DNA from: Rhodobacterales bacterium
GTDB taxonomy: Bacteria > Pseudomonadota > Alphaproteobacteria > Rhodobacterales > CAZPXZ01
Direction of reading: 5' to 3'
DNA: 64,000 nucleotides
NCBI GenBank assembly: GCA_965219495.1
Contig: OZ244777.1
Span: 163,923 to 227,922, forward strand
The position numbers were made by a program, and so were the translations under genes. Under the pieces are notes generated by a model. That model had not been told where the DNA came from. It made no database searches and saw only the letters and a list, made by a program, of their open reading frames with translations. This document shows positions 49,097-62,093 of this stretch, piece by piece. Position 1 is the first letter of the stretch, and each line of letters opens with the position of its first letter.

Positions 49097-49769
49097 CAGC
49101 GTCATGAAAAATTAGCGTGAGCAGGGCGACACCAAATACCGGAACAACGAGATTGGCTCCCGGGAGAGCCATGGACGTGACCGCCAGTATTCCGGCGATC
49201 CAGGCGCGGAATCGCACTTGCCTCCAGACCGGCGCAAGTTCCGAGGGCTGCAATCTGCGGGTGGCGACCAATTCAAAATATTCGCGTCCGAACAGATATC
49301 CGTTCACGGCCCAGGAAACCGCCGCCGCCACCGGCGCCAGGAACAAATAGACCGGAATCAGGAAAAGGTTCGCCAACGTGATCCAAAGCGCGAGTCGAAT
49401 GCCCGAGCCCATCGCGTTCAAAAAGCCGATGGTTGTTGCAGGCGGTAAGCCGGGGTAGTAGCGGTTCTCGGCTACGCGGGCGATTTCGTCGAGAAACAGG
49501 CTGACGCCTAGCGCTAGCAAGGGCTGCAGAAGTATCGCTGCGACAAGGAGCGAGGCGCTTACAGCAAGGCCGCGCAGCAACCAGCCGATCGGGTCGAATC
49601 GCCAGCCGAGGATTTCAAATCCGAAATTCATTCCGAACTCGAAAATTGAATATGTCCCGCCGACAATTACGGCAAGAATCAACCCCGCCACCATGGCGGA
49701 TTTTGCGATCACCCAAAGAGCAGGAGGGTGCCAGATCAGGGCGACTGCGTTCAACAGGTGATGTGCCAT
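49047..49769 (-). CDS. EI24/CysZ-like membrane protein
   Basis: SLFLDEIARVAENRYYP, NGYLFGREYFELVA and ANLVVPVFG; start trimmed. Confidence 0.85.
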   Translation of the reverse strand: MAHHLLNAVALIWHPPALWVIAKSAMVAGLILAVIVGGTYSIFEFGMNFGFEILGWRFDPIGWLLRGLAVSASLLVAAILLQPLLALGVSLFLDEIARVAENRYYPGLPPATTIGFLNAMGSGIRLALWITLANLFLIPVYLFLAPVAAAVSWAVNGYLFGREYFELVATRRLQPSELAPVWRQVRFRAWIAGILAVTSMALPGANLVVPVFGVALLTLIFHDAVKNDFDPVVRRSAGYP

Positions 49770-49779
49770 CTGGACTTGA

Positions 49780-51555
49780 CTAGTTCCTTTTTCGAACAAG
49801 CCCAAGTTCGCGCAGCTGTGCCGCATCCACTTCCGCGGGCGCTCCCAGCATGAGTTCTTCTGCCCGCTGGCTCATGGGAAACATGATCACTTCACGTAAG
49901 TTTCCCGTATCGGCGAGGAGCATCAAAATTCGGTCGATACCTGGAGCGATTCCGCCATGCGGCGGCGCCCCGTAGCGTAGCGCGCTCACCATCCCCGGAA
50001 ACTGCCGGTTCACTTCATCTTTGCTGTATCCGGCGATTGAAAAGCACTTGTACATGATGTCCAGGCGGTGATTCCGAATAGCGCCGGACGACAGTTCGAC
50101 TCCATTGCAAACAATGTCATATTGAAATCCCACGATCTCGAGAGGGTCGAGTTCGTGAAGGGCCTCGACATCTCCTTGTGGCATCGAGAAAGGATTGTGC
50201 GAGAACTCGATGGCGCCTTCATCATTCCGCTCGTACATCGGATAATCGACAATCCAGCAAAATGCGAAGCGGCTTCCATCGATCAAATTCAACTGCTCCG
50301 CAACGCGTTGGCGCGCTTGTGCCGCAAATGGCTGGAACGCTTCCGCACGCCCTGCCGTAAAGAAGACTGCGTCGCCCGGCCCTGCGCCGAGCGCTTGACG
50401 AACCGCCTCCGTGCGTTCGTCGCCAAGATTCCGCGCTACCGGACCGGCGCCCTTGCAGGTTCCTTCTTCGGCGCGAAACACAATGTACGCCAATCCCGCT
50501 TGGCCTTCGCGCTGCGCCCACGCGTTCATTCGGTCGCAAAACGCTCGAGACCCGCCGCCGGGAGCGGGGATTGCCCGGATTTCGGCGCCCGAATCGGCAT
50601 CCAGCATGTCGGCGAAAATTCGAAAACCACCACCGCGAAATTGCTCGGTTGCCGTTTGCATGTCGATTGGATTGCGCAAGTCAGGTTTGTCGGTCCCGTA
50701 TTTCAGCATTGCGTCCTGGTATGAAATCCGAGGAAATGCCTCGTCCACGGTTCGGGAACCGCCAAATTCACGGAACGTATCGCGCAAGACGGGTTCGACA
50801 GTACTCAAAACGTCTTCTTGCTCGACGAAGCTCATCTCGATGTCGAGCTGGTAAAACTCTCCGGGTGAACGATCTGCCCGGGGATCCTCATCGCGAAAAC
50901 ACGGCGCAATCTGGAAGTAGCGGTCGAAACCGGCGATCATTGCCAATTGCTTGTATTGCTGTGGCGCCTGCGGCAGGGCGTAGAACCTGCCGGGGTGAAT
51001 GCGCGAGGGTACCAGGAAATCACGCGCTCCTTCCGGGCTGGAGGCGGTCAGGATCGGTGTCTGAAATTCGGTGAATCCCGCCTGCTCCATGCGTCGGCGG
51101 ATTGACGAAATCACTTGCGAACGCATGGTGATCCGCTCGTGCAAGGCAGGACGTCGGAGATCGAGAAACCGGTATCGGAGCCGAATATCCTCAGGGTACT
51201 CAGGCTCACCGAATACCGGCAACGGAAGCTCTTCCGCAGTTCCGAGAATGCCAATCGATTTGCAGTACACTTCAACCTCACCTGTCGGGATTGCAGAATT
51301 GATTGTCTCTTCGCTGCGTTCCCTCACGGCGCCGTCCACGCCAATCACGCTTTCCGCGCGCAGCGTTTCGGCCGTGGCAAAGGCAGGAGAATCGGGGTCG
51401 GCAACGAGCTGGGTGATTCCGTAGTGGTCACGGAGATCGACAAACAGCAAACCGCCATGGTCGCGGATGCGATGCACCCAACCGGAAAGCCGGACGGTCT
51501 TTCCGACATCCACGCGCCGGAGCGCTCCACAATTGTGCGTGCGGTACTTGTGCAT
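49780..51555 (-). CDS. aspS: Aspartate-tRNA ligase
   Basis: [43 protein letters not shown] and [13 protein letters not shown]. Confidence 0.98.
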   Translation of the reverse strand: MHKYRTHNCGALRRVDVGKTVRLSGWVHRIRDHGGLLFVDLRDHYGITQLVADPDSPAFATAETLRAESVIGVDGAVRERSEETINSAIPTGEVEVYCKSIGILGTAEELPLPVFGEPEYPEDIRLRYRFLDLRRPALHERITMRSQVISSIRRRMEQAGFTEFQTPILTASSPEGARDFLVPSRIHPGRFYALPQAPQQYKQLAMIAGFDRYFQIAPCFRDEDPRADRSPGEFYQLDIEMSFVEQEDVLSTVEPVLRDTFREFGGSRTVDEAFPRISYQDAMLKYGTDKPDLRNPIDMQTATEQFRGGGFRIFADMLDADSGAEIRAIPAPGGGSRAFCDRMNAWAQREGQAGLAYIVFRAEEGTCKGAGPVARNLGDERTEAVRQALGAGPGDAVFFTAGRAEAFQPFAAQARQRVAEQLNLIDGSRFAFCWIVDYPMYERNDEGAIEFSHNPFSMPQGDVEALHELDPLEIVGFQYDIVCNGVELSSGAIRNHRLDIMYKCFSIAGYSKDEVNRQFPGMVSALRYGAPPHGGIAPGIDRILMLLADTGNLREVIMFPMSQRAEELMLGAPAEVDAAQLRELGLVRKRN

Positions 51556-51767
51556 CAAAATTCTCCATACACGGCGTCTGCGTTGGTTTTGTGCGGTCGC
51601 TCCAACATTTGTCTCTTAGCGGGAAGTCGGCGTTGCAAAGTCAATTCGCAAGTATGTTGCGAGATGAGAAATTCCTGGCACCATCCGGTAGTTGCCGTCA
51701 AGTCACTTTTTGTGTGTGACGGACAACAATACGATGGACCGGGCGGAGTCCAAAACGGTCAAGTGGA

Positions 51768-52955
51768 ATGATTGCAGGAATTCGAGTTGTTTCCTCGAGC
51801 AAGGAACTTGCTTTGTGTTGCGGCGAGCTTGCCGAGGAGGAGTTCGTCTGTGTGGATACCGAGTTCGTTGGCGAACGGACCTATTGGCCCGTGTTGGGCC
51901 TGATTCAGATTTGCGGACCATCGCCGGCGCAAGTGGAACCGGTATTGATCGACCCCATTGCCGACGGCATGGACCTGGGCCCGTTCTTTCGATTGATGTC
52001 GGCTTCTTCCGTAGTCAAGGTTTTTCATAGCGCTGAGCAGGATGTGGAAATCCTTTCTCATTACGGTGGCGTGATACCCGATCCCATGTTCGATACCCAG
52101 TTGGCCGCCGCATTCTGTGGCTACGGTGCGCAAGCCTCCTACGCGTCCATGGTACGCCGCATCGTAGGCTTGGAAATCGAAAAGGCGTGGAGGATTACGG
52201 ATTGGAAGCAAAGACCGCTTAGCCGAAAGCAAATGGAATACGCAATCGCCGACGTGGTTCACTTGCCTGCGATCTACGCAAGACTGGTTGCAGAGTTGGC
52301 GCGTCGGGACAGAACGGCTTGGGTCGCGGAAGAAACCGCTAAGGTAGTTTCGCGCGCCCGGCGCGCCCGGTCACCGGAACAAGCATGGACGAAGATTCGC
52401 AGGCGGGAATCCAATCCCACTTTTCTTGCGGTCCTTCGCGAACTCGCATCCTGGCGCGAAATGGAAGCGAGGCGACGCGACCGCCCCCGGCGCCATCTCT
52501 TGTCGGATGGCGCGCTGACGACAATTGCCCGGGCTCAACCTCGAACGGAGAGCGAGCTATGCGGCTTGAGAACGCTTCGCTCAGAGCAAAAGTCCATCCG
52601 GCGCGATCGCTCTGGAATAATCGCCGCCGTCAAAAGAGGGATGTCCTGTCCGCCGGAGAAGCATCCAAGAGTCGACAAAACGGGATATTCTGGCAATGAA
52701 CAGAAGGGACTTGCTTCCCTGCTGAAGGTTTTCCTGCAGAGTTTGGCGGAAAGACAGGGAATTGCGGAATCAATCGTGGCCAGCAGCGAGGAACTGCGTC
52801 GGCTCGCATTTGAAGATGAACCAGATATTCTCTTGCTTAAGGGTTGGCGACGCCGGATTTTTGGAGAGCAGCTACTGCGGCTCAAGCGGGGAGAAATTGC
52901 CCTGACCGTGCAAGGGGGACATGTAGTCTCCGTCTCCCCCGTGGAGCACAAGTAG
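51768..52955 (+). CDS. rnd: Ribonuclease D
   Basis: VDTEFVGERTYWP, VFHSAEQD, FDTQLAA and TDWKQRPLS...YAIADV; HRDC region. Confidence 0.95.
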   Translation: MIAGIRVVSSSKELALCCGELAEEEFVCVDTEFVGERTYWPVLGLIQICGPSPAQVEPVLIDPIADGMDLGPFFRLMSASSVVKVFHSAEQDVEILSHYGGVIPDPMFDTQLAAAFCGYGAQASYASMVRRIVGLEIEKAWRITDWKQRPLSRKQMEYAIADVVHLPAIYARLVAELARRDRTAWVAEETAKVVSRARRARSPEQAWTKIRRRESNPTFLAVLRELASWREMEARRRDRPRRHLLSDGALTTIARAQPRTESELCGLRTLRSEQKSIRRDRSGIIAAVKRGMSCPPEKHPRVDKTGYSGNEQKGLASLLKVFLQSLAERQGIAESIVASSEELRRLAFEDEPDILLLKGWRRRIFGEQLLRLKRGEIALTVQGGHVVSVSPVEHK

Positions 52956-52973
52956 AAAGCGGAGGCGGCTCGC

Positions 52974-53399
52974 ATGGAAAAAATCAATGCCTTCGAGGAG
53001 ATCGTCGAGAATTTTGCGTTTCTCGATGACTGGGACGAGCGCTATCGCTACATCATCGAACTCGGGAGGGAAATGCCGGCGCTCGCCCCGAATGATCAAA
53101 TAGATTCAAACAAGGTGGACGGTTGTGTCAGCCAAGTTTGGCTCGTTTCCTGTATCGAAACGGACGAAGCGGGCAGGAGGCGAATGTACTTCGAGGGAAA
53201 CAGCGATGCACACATCACTCGCGGACTGATTGCGATCCTTCGCGCCCTCTTTTCCGGAATGACACTGGAGGACATCGCCAGAACCGATGCCGCTTCGGCG
53301 CTCGCAAGACTCGATCTTTCAGCCCATATCAGTCCGCAACGCTCGAACGGGCTGCGGGCCATGGTGAGACGAGTTCAGGGAACGGCGGCATCATCATGA
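52974..53399 (+). CDS. sufE: SufE family sulfur-transfer protein
   Basis: DDWDERYRYIIELG, VDGCVSQVWL, SDAHITRGL and SPQRSNGL. Confidence 0.93.
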   Translation: MEKINAFEEIVENFAFLDDWDERYRYIIELGREMPALAPNDQIDSNKVDGCVSQVWLVSCIETDEAGRRRMYFEGNSDAHITRGLIAILRALFSGMTLEDIARTDAASALARLDLSAHISPQRSNGLRAMVRRVQGTAASS

Positions 53400-53527
53400 A
53401 TGCGTACCGTGATTCAGAGAACTTCTGCTTTCGGTCCGCGCGCCCGGGTGTCCTTAATACCGCGGATGGTTTCCACACGAGCGATGTCTTGACGGATGCT
53501 CTTGCGGCTTCGATTTGACACTACTCC

Positions 53528-54535
53528 ATGTCCAATTTGCTCCAGGAAATGCTCAAATCCCGCGACTGGGTTCTCGCGGACGGCGCCACGGGAACGTCAT
53601 TGTTTGCAATGGGCCTGCCAAGCGGTGAAGCTCCAGAGTTGTGGAACGAATGGAACCCCGAACGCGTGCGAGAATTGACCAGGGGATTCGTTGCGCACGG
53701 TGCAGATCTTGTATTGAGCAATACATTTGGCGGGAATCGGTACCGGCTGAAATTGCATGGACGCGAACAGGATGCGCGTGCGCTAAGCCGGCTGGGAGCA
53801 AAAATTGCGCGGAGCGCGGTGCGCGACAAGGAGAGACCGGTTGTTGTGGCGGGCTCGATGGGACCCACAGGCGAAATATTGGAACCGGTCGGAACCTTGC
53901 GTTTCGAGAGTGCGGTGAATGCTTTCGAAGAACAGGCCATCGGACTCCTCGAAGGAGGCGTGGACGTGCTCTGGGGCGAGACGATTTCATCCCGTGAGGA
54001 GGCTCGGGCGATCGCGCATGCCGCCAACAGGATCCAAGCGCCGTATTGCATGACATTTAGCTTCGATACCGCGGGGCGAACCATGATGGGGATGGATCCG
54101 GCCGAACTCGACTCTCTCGTTTCGGAATTTCCCTCGCGGCCGCTCGCGATAGGCGCCAATTGTGGAACCGGTGCTTCGGACCTGCTTGCAAGCTTGCTCA
54201 GGATTCGAGAGGCAGGATCCCGGTTTCCGCTGATTGCAAAGGCCAACGCCGGAATTCCAGAGTATGTAGGAGCGGAGGTTCGGTATAGCGGCACTCCAAG
54301 CCTGATGGGGCGGTTTGCCTGTTTAGCGCGGGACGCCGGGGCGCGGATCATCGGGGGGTGTTGCGGCGCCTCGGCGGAACACGTGGCTTCGATGCGGATG
54401 GCTCTCGAAGATATTACAAGGGATTCGATGCCTACGCTCGAGACTATTCGCTCTGCGACGGGCGAATTCGCCCAGGTTCCGAGCCGACCTTCGGCTCGAT
54501 CGAAGCGAAAGCGTCGACGGCGGCGAATACAGTAG
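53528..54535 (+). CDS. Homocysteine S-methyltransferase domain protein (Bmt / split MetH N-module)
   Basis: DGATGT, SNTFGGN, AGSMGPTG, GANCG, KANAGIP and IIGGCCG (Zn cysteines). Confidence 0.92.
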   Translation: MSNLLQEMLKSRDWVLADGATGTSLFAMGLPSGEAPELWNEWNPERVRELTRGFVAHGADLVLSNTFGGNRYRLKLHGREQDARALSRLGAKIARSAVRDKERPVVVAGSMGPTGEILEPVGTLRFESAVNAFEEQAIGLLEGGVDVLWGETISSREEARAIAHAANRIQAPYCMTFSFDTAGRTMMGMDPAELDSLVSEFPSRPLAIGANCGTGASDLLASLLRIREAGSRFPLIAKANAGIPEYVGAEVRYSGTPSLMGRFACLARDAGARIIGGCCGASAEHVASMRMALEDITRDSMPTLETIRSATGEFAQVPSRPSARSKRKRRRRRIQ

Positions 54536-54565
54536 AGTTCCTACGGCTTTTGGACTATTGGAACT

Positions 54566-54624
54566 TCAATTGTCGCAATTGAGATCAAGCCTGTCGCAAC
54601 CGGACGCATTCGTCAATATATTGT
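54566..54624 (+). promoter_or_regulatory. Candidate regulatory site upstream of the corrinoid-protein gene
   Basis: Inverted repeat TCAATTG-TCG-CAATTGA (54566-54582); direct repeat TGTCGCAA at 54571 and 54592 (21-bp period); palindrome CAATATATTG (54614-54623). Confidence 0.4.
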
Positions 54625-54675
54625 GCGTTCACTCGCGTGCTATTCAGGTGGACGTGAACGCTTCTGGAGGAACGC

Positions 54676-55380
54676 ATGGCTGAAGAATTCGAGGACATTG
54701 ACCTCAAGACCTTGAGCGACGATGAACTCGTGCTGCAAATGCACGATGACTTGTACGACGGACTTAAGGAGGAAGTTGTAGAAGGAGTTGATATCCTCCT
54801 TGAACGTGGCTGGACGCCGTACGATGTGCTCACCAAGGCGCTCGTCGAAGGAATGCGCGTTGTCGGGATCGATTTCCGGGACGGAATCCTGTTCGTGCCG
54901 GAGGTTCTGCTCGCGGCGAATGCGATGAAAGGGGGTATGGCGATCCTGCGCCCCCTTCTTGCCGAAACCGGCGCACCGAAAGTCGGGTGTATGGTAATCG
55001 GCACCGTTAAGGGAGACATCCACGATATTGGCAAGAACCTGGTATCGATGATGATGGAGGGCGCGGGGTTCGACGTGTTCGATCTCGGAATTAACAACCC
55101 GGTGGAAAACTACGTACAGGCGGTAGAGGAACACCAGGCGGACATTCTCGGAATGTCCGCCCTGCTGACCACAACCATGCCCTACATGAAGGTTGTTATC
55201 GACACGCTGGTGCAAATGGGAATTCGCGAGGAACTGATCGTTCTCGTCGGCGGGGCGCCGCTAAACGAGGAGTTCGCAATTGCAGTCGGCGCCGACGCGT
55301 ACTGCCGTGATGCGGCGGTCGCGGTGGAAACCGCGAAGCAACTCATCGCGGAACGCAAGCACAACCTGCTTGCCGCTTAG
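54676..55380 (+). CDS. Cobalamin (B12)-binding corrinoid protein
   Basis: FVPEVLLAANAMK cap; GTVKGDIHDIGKNLV (DxHxxG), GMSALLTTTM and LVGGAP. Confidence 0.95.
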   Translation: MAEEFEDIDLKTLSDDELVLQMHDDLYDGLKEEVVEGVDILLERGWTPYDVLTKALVEGMRVVGIDFRDGILFVPEVLLAANAMKGGMAILRPLLAETGAPKVGCMVIGTVKGDIHDIGKNLVSMMMEGAGFDVFDLGINNPVENYVQAVEEHQADILGMSALLTTTMPYMKVVIDTLVQMGIREELIVLVGGAPLNEEFAIAVGADAYCRDAAVAVETAKQLIAERKHNLLAA

Positions 55381-55548
55381 AGGAAATCAGCAAGACTGCA
55401 GGTATTCGGCATGCAAATTGGTACGCGCGGTCGTCAACCCAGGGCGCGGGCTTCCGTGGAGTGAAGTGCCGTAGAAAACATTTGGCGGACCCTCGCGGCG
55501 AATCGCGACCGGCGTCCCCTTGGAGCAAGGCTGAGGTTCGAGGGCAGA

Positions 55549-56244
55549 ATGCCAGGAACGCATAAGCGCGATCGTGACTTGCTTCCAGAGGATTCAATCC
55601 TCGCAAGGGAGGGAGGGGAGATCTTCTTCCGAGAACGAGCGGTCGGGCGTGTGCTCGTAATCGCCTGCGGCGCGCTGGCGCGGGAAATCCTTGCATTGAT
55701 CGAACTCGGCGGATTGCGGCATGTCGATCTTGCGTGTCTGCCGGCGTTGCTGCACAACACGCCGGACAAGATTCCAGCCGCATTGAAATCCCGCATTCGC
55801 AGAGCGCATGAGGACGGATACGAGACAGTCTTGGCGGCGTACGCAGATTGCGGGACGGGAGGCGCGATCGACCGCGTATGCGAAGAGGAAGGCGTAGAGC
55901 GGATCGCCGGTCCGCATTGCTACGCGTTCTATGACGGTCTGAAGAACTTCGAATTCCGAGCGGACGAAGAAATCGGAGCGTTTTATCTTACGGATTTTCT
56001 TGTCCGGCAGTTTGACACAATTGTCTGGAAAGGCCTTGGTCTGGACCGGCACCCAGAACTAAGGGACGAGTATTTCAAGAATTACGACCGGGTTGTTTAC
56101 CTTGCGCAGACCGACAACCTTGGTTTGGACAGGAAGGCCGGATTGGCCGCAGAGCGGCTGGGCCTAGAATATGTCCGCCGGTTCGCCGGTTACGGAGAAC
56201 TGGAAACGTTTCTGCATGAAAATGTCCCCGCGGAATCAGACTAG
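55549..56244 (+). CDS. DUF1638 domain protein
   Basis: [37 protein letters not shown] and FYLTDFL. Confidence 0.88.
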   Translation: MPGTHKRDRDLLPEDSILAREGGEIFFRERAVGRVLVIACGALAREILALIELGGLRHVDLACLPALLHNTPDKIPAALKSRIRRAHEDGYETVLAAYADCGTGGAIDRVCEEEGVERIAGPHCYAFYDGLKNFEFRADEEIGAFYLTDFLVRQFDTIVWKGLGLDRHPELRDEYFKNYDRVVYLAQTDNLGLDRKAGLAAERLGLEYVRRFAGYGELETFLHENVPAESD

Positions 56245-57897
56245 GCGGTTGTGTTTGACGGCCGCCTTGATGAAACTCGAGAACAGGGGATGCGGTTCAA
56301 ACGGACGGGACTTTAGTTCGGGGTGGAATTGCACGCCCACGAACCAGGGATGTCCGGCAAATTCGCAAATTTCCGGAAGCTTTCCGTCCGGTGAAACACC
56401 CGAAAATTTCAGGCCCTGTCTTTCCAGCGTATCGCGGTAGGCGATATCGATTTCATATCGATGGCGATGACGTTCAGATATCCGTTCTGTTCCGTAAATC
56501 CTTCCCGCCAACGATCCTTGAGAGATGATTGCGTCGTATGCGCCTAGCCGCATCGTTCCGCCTTTGTCATCTTGCGCAGTTCTTTGGAATGTCTGGTTGC
56601 CCTTGGACCATTCCTTCATGTGGTAGACCACTCGCTCCATTTCCCCGGCAGTTCCATCCTGCCCCTCGCTAGATTCGAACTCTTCCGATCCGGCGTTCTC
56701 GATGCCCGCAAGATTGCGGGCCGCTTCGATTGTGGCGATCTGCATTCCCAGGCAGATGCCGAAGAACGGTATGTGTTTCTCGCGAGCAAATCGGGTAGCG
56801 GCAATCTTGCCGGACGTTCCCCTCTTACCAAATCCGCCTGGAACCAGAATGCCATTCATGCCCTGCAATGCAAGATCGATCCGGCCGTCTTGCTCCAGGC
56901 TTTCGGCATCAATCCAGCGTGTTTCCACGCGGACGCGGTTGGCAATTCCTCCGTGAACCAGCGCTTCATTCAGAGACATGTAAGCGTCTTCAAGCCGGGT
57001 ATATTTGCCGATCACCCCAATGCGAACGTCAAGTTCAGGACGAAATACCGCGTCGACAATAGAGCGCCAATTCTCCAGCCGTGGCTCCGGCGAATCCGAG
57101 AGTCCGAAGACCTTCAGAATTTGCCCGTCCAACCCCTGTTCATGATAGGCGAGCGGCACTTCATAGATGCTCTTCAGGTCCGGCGCCGAAATCACGGAAT
57201 TGGGATTTACGTTGCAGAATAATGCGATTTTCTCACGCTGGATGTCGGGTAACTCATTGAAAGTCATGCGGCAGAGCAGGATGTCCGGCTGAATGCCGAT
57301 GGAACGAAGTTCCTTGACCGAATGCTGAACCGGTTTTGTCTTGAGTTCTCCTGAGGTGGCGATGTAGGGCAGCAGGGTTGCGTGGACGAACACGACTTCG
57401 CCTGCCGGGCGTTCTTGCCGGAATTGGCGAATCGCTTCGAAAAAGGGCAATCCTTCGATGTCACCAACTGTGCCACCAATCTCGCACAGCATGAAGTCGA
57501 CACTTTCTTCTCCGAAGCGCAGAAATTCCTTGATTTCGTCTGTTACATGCGGAATGACTTGGATGGTCTTACCCAGGAACGCGCCTTTTCGCTCCTTTTC
57601 CAGAACATTCTGGTAGATACGACCCGCAGAAATGGAATCGGACTGCCGCGCCGGCACGCCGGTAAACCGCTCGTAGTGGCCAAGATCAAGATCGGTTTCC
57701 GCAGCATCATCGGTTACGTAGACCTCTCCGTGCTCGTAGGGGCTCATGGTCCCCGGATCGACATTCAAATACGGGTCGAGCTTTCGCAGACGAACCTTGT
57801 AACCGCGAGCCTGCAGAAGCGTTCCAATACCGGCGGTTGCGAGACCCTTGCCGAGCGAGGAAACTACGCCGCCGGTTATGAATACATATCGCGCCAT
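56236..57897 (-). CDS. pyrG: CTP synthase
   Basis: [45 protein letters not shown] and QFHPE. Confidence 0.98.
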   Translation of the reverse strand: MARYVFITGGVVSSLGKGLATAGIGTLLQARGYKVRLRKLDPYLNVDPGTMSPYEHGEVYVTDDAAETDLDLGHYERFTGVPARQSDSISAGRIYQNVLEKERKGAFLGKTIQVIPHVTDEIKEFLRFGEESVDFMLCEIGGTVGDIEGLPFFEAIRQFRQERPAGEVVFVHATLLPYIATSGELKTKPVQHSVKELRSIGIQPDILLCRMTFNELPDIQREKIALFCNVNPNSVISAPDLKSIYEVPLAYHEQGLDGQILKVFGLSDSPEPRLENWRSIVDAVFRPELDVRIGVIGKYTRLEDAYMSLNEALVHGGIANRVRVETRWIDAESLEQDGRIDLALQGMNGILVPGGFGKRGTSGKIAATRFAREKHIPFFGICLGMQIATIEAARNLAGIENAGSEEFESSEGQDGTAGEMERVVYHMKEWSKGNQTFQRTAQDDKGGTMRLGAYDAIISQGSLAGRIYGTERISERHRHRYEIDIAYRDTLERQGLKFSGVSPDGKLPEICEFAGHPWFVGVQFHPELKSRPFEPHPLFSSFIKAAVKHNRLV

Positions 57898-58193
57898 GCA
57901 GCCCCGTTTCGATGAAGCGTCGCCGACGGCGATTCCCGTCGCACGACAATTACGCGCCACGGGACGTTGGGGTTACGCGATTCGTCGCAAAAAATCAATC
58001 TGGTACTCAATGTCGGCCCCGAGGGGTCCCCAGGACTGTTGACAGTGTAGCCTCTCCGTCGTTGCGCCAACCGTTCTTCCGATCTCGAGGAGGCTCACCG
58101 GCGCCTCGCGGGAACCGTCAAGCCGGTGGCCGGTCCGGTTCCGGCATCGGGCCAAAGAATAATTCCTTGGTTCAGACCGGCACAACGAGCGAT

Positions 58194-58544
58194 TCACTCG
58201 GACGGGGGAGTCGCCGGAGAGTCATCCTGTGGAGGCAGGGCCGGGGAGTCGCCGAGGTCGGGTACCAGAATTTCGATTTCGCTCGATTCGGTTGCAATTC
58301 CTCGCACAACACTCGCATCGCGGTCCGAACGAACGGCAAGCACAGTCAGCAACATGCTTGTGGCGACAAACGCCGCTCCAAGCGCCCAAGTTAGCTTGGT
58401 GAGCGCAGTAGCCGCGGTTCGGCCAGTGACCAACCCGCCACCACCGCCAATTCCCAGTGCGCCGCCTTCCGACCGCTGCAACAGTACTACGGCGATCAGA
58501 AAGAGTGCGATAATCAAATGTATGACGAGAACCGTGTTCTCCAT
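58194..58544 (-). CDS. secG: Preprotein translocase subunit SecG
   Basis: VLLQRSEGGALGIGGG...LTKLTW; upstream of pyrG. Confidence 0.95.
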   Translation of the reverse strand: MENTVLVIHLIIALFLIAVVLLQRSEGGALGIGGGGGLVTGRTAATALTKLTWALGAAFVATSMLLTVLAVRSDRDASVVRGIATESSEIEILVPDLGDSPALPPQDDSPATPPSE

Positions 58545-58628
58545 GATTCCTCCCAATTGGGGACGCGGGCGACTGAACCCAGTTCAGCGGGGTAGGGTGC
58601 TGGCGTATTCCCCGCGATGCTTGCGGAA

Positions 58629-60204
<1,576 letters not shown>

Positions 60205-60208
60205 CGGA

Positions 60209-61963
60209 CTACACCATCACCTTTCCGGCATCTTCAAGCGCGTGTTCGCTGACGGTGTCACCGAGAATCATCTCGTTGTGGGCCTTGCCAGAGGGAATCA
60301 TCGGATAGCAGTTCTCGTGCGGGTCGACGACGCAGTCAAATACGACGGGGCGCTCGTCTTCGATCATTTCCAGGATGCGTGAATCCAGGTCCTTCGGATT
60401 CGTGCAGCGAATTCCGCGGCATCCAAATGCTTCGGCAAGTTGGACAAAGTCCGGCAACGCTTCCGAATAGCTGTGCGCATACCTGCCTCCGTGCAGGAGT
60501 TCCTGCCATTGCCGCACCATACCCAGGTACTTGTTATTGAGAATGAATACCTTGATCGGCAACCGGTGCTGGACCGCTGTCGAGAGTTCCTGCATGACCA
60601 TCATGAAGGAAGCTTCGCCAGCAACGTCGATCACCAGACTGTCGGGATGCGCCATTTGAACGCCGATCGCAGCCGGCACGCCGTATCCCATCGTTCCGAG
60701 TCCGCCGGATGTCATCCAGCGGTGGGGTTCCTCGAATTGGATGAATTGCGCCGCCCACATCTGGTGCTGGCCGACCTCGGTCGTAATGTAGAAATCCCGA
60801 TCGCGGATCCGTTCGTAAAGTCGCTGGATCGCGAATTGGGGTTTGATGACTTCATCGGAATTCTCGAAAGCGAGGCAATCTCTCGATTTCCAATCCTCGA
60901 TTTGCTTCCACCATGCGTGGATTGCCTTGGCGTTCGTCCTCCGCCCACCGGATTTCCACACTGCCAACATGCTCTCCAGCGCGTGCGCGACATCGCCCAG
61001 CAAGGGGACGTCGACCTGCACGTTCTTGTTGATCGAAGATGCATCGATATCGATCTGAATCTTTCGAGAACCTGGAGAGAACGCATCGAGGCGTCCCGTT
61101 ATTCTGTCATCGAAGCGTGCGCCCACGGCGATCATCAGATCGCAACCATGCATGGCGAGGTTTGCTTCATAGGTGCCGTGCATGCCAAGCATGCCAAGCC
61201 AGTGCTTGCCGGAACCGGGATAGGCGCCAAGGCCCATGAGGGTGGATGTAATGGGGAAGCGCGTTGCGCCGACGATCTCGCGAAGCAGGGTCGACGCCGG
61301 GCGACCGGAGTTGATGACGCCACCACCCGAATAAAAGAGCGGTCGCTCGGCAGTCTCGATCAGCCGCACCGCTTCTTCCACTGATTTCGGGTCGGGCCGG
61401 AGAACGGGATTGTACGTACGGTGCCGCACGTTGGCGGGCGGCCGATATTCCATTTTCGCGAACTGAAGGTCTTTCGGAATGTCGACGACAACGGGCCCCG
61501 GTCGACCGGTAGTTGCGACATAGAACGCTTCATGCAGCGTGGTCGCCAGCTTCTCCGGGTTGCGTACAAGCCAATTGTGCTTCGTGCAGGGGCGGGTAAT
61601 TCCGACCGTATCCGCCTCCTGAAAGGCGTCGTTTCCAATCAGAAACGTTGGCACCTGACCCGTGATGCATACGACGGGAATGGAATCCATCAGTGCGTCC
61701 GTAAGGCCGGTAACCGAATTCGTGGCTCCCGGACCCGAGGTGACGAGGAGCACGCCCGGCCTGCCGGTCGAGCGGGCATAGCCCTCCGCAGCATGCGCCG
61801 CACCCTGCTCGTGCCGAACCAGGACATGCCGCATATCGGTTTCGTCGAATAGTGCGTCATAGATCGGCAGTACCGCGCCGCCCGGGTAACCGAACACCAC
61901 TTCAACGCCTTGGTCCTTGAGCGCCCGAACGACCACTTCTGCACCGGTCATCTCATTCGCCAT
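60209..61963 (-). CDS. ilvB: Acetolactate synthase large subunit
   Basis: FGYPGGAVLP, RHEQGA, TSGPGATN, GMLGMHG, VGQHQMWAAQ, SGGLGTMG and NNKYLGMVRQWQE. Confidence 0.98.
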   Translation of the reverse strand: MANEMTGAEVVVRALKDQGVEVVFGYPGGAVLPIYDALFDETDMRHVLVRHEQGAAHAAEGYARSTGRPGVLLVTSGPGATNSVTGLTDALMDSIPVVCITGQVPTFLIGNDAFQEADTVGITRPCTKHNWLVRNPEKLATTLHEAFYVATTGRPGPVVVDIPKDLQFAKMEYRPPANVRHRTYNPVLRPDPKSVEEAVRLIETAERPLFYSGGGVINSGRPASTLLREIVGATRFPITSTLMGLGAYPGSGKHWLGMLGMHGTYEANLAMHGCDLMIAVGARFDDRITGRLDAFSPGSRKIQIDIDASSINKNVQVDVPLLGDVAHALESMLAVWKSGGRRTNAKAIHAWWKQIEDWKSRDCLAFENSDEVIKPQFAIQRLYERIRDRDFYITTEVGQHQMWAAQFIQFEEPHRWMTSGGLGTMGYGVPAAIGVQMAHPDSLVIDVAGEASFMMVMQELSTAVQHRLPIKVFILNNKYLGMVRQWQELLHGGRYAHSYSEALPDFVQLAEAFGCRGIRCTNPKDLDSRILEMIEDERPVVFDCVVDPHENCYPMIPSGKAHNEMILGDTVSEHALEDAGKVMV

Positions 61964-62030
61964 TTGCAGTCCTCCCGCACGGGTTTGGCAAGGAACCGTC
62001 GGGTCCGCGCACAATGTTGGATTTGCCAAC

Positions 62031-62058
62031 AAAAAAGGGGCCGAACTCACAGCCCCTT
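62031..62058 (-). terminator. Attenuator terminator upstream of ilvB
   Basis: Minus strand AAGGGGC-TGTGAGTTCG-GCCCCTT followed by a T run. Confidence 0.85.
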
Positions 62059-62093
62059 GCGCGCGGACGATCCCTTGCGGGCAACGTCGCGCG

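Noticed and set aside
53400-55548. Cobalamin or SAM riboswitch around the methyltransferase module
   Set aside because: No B12-box or SAM-riboswitch consensus recognisable in the short intergenic gaps.
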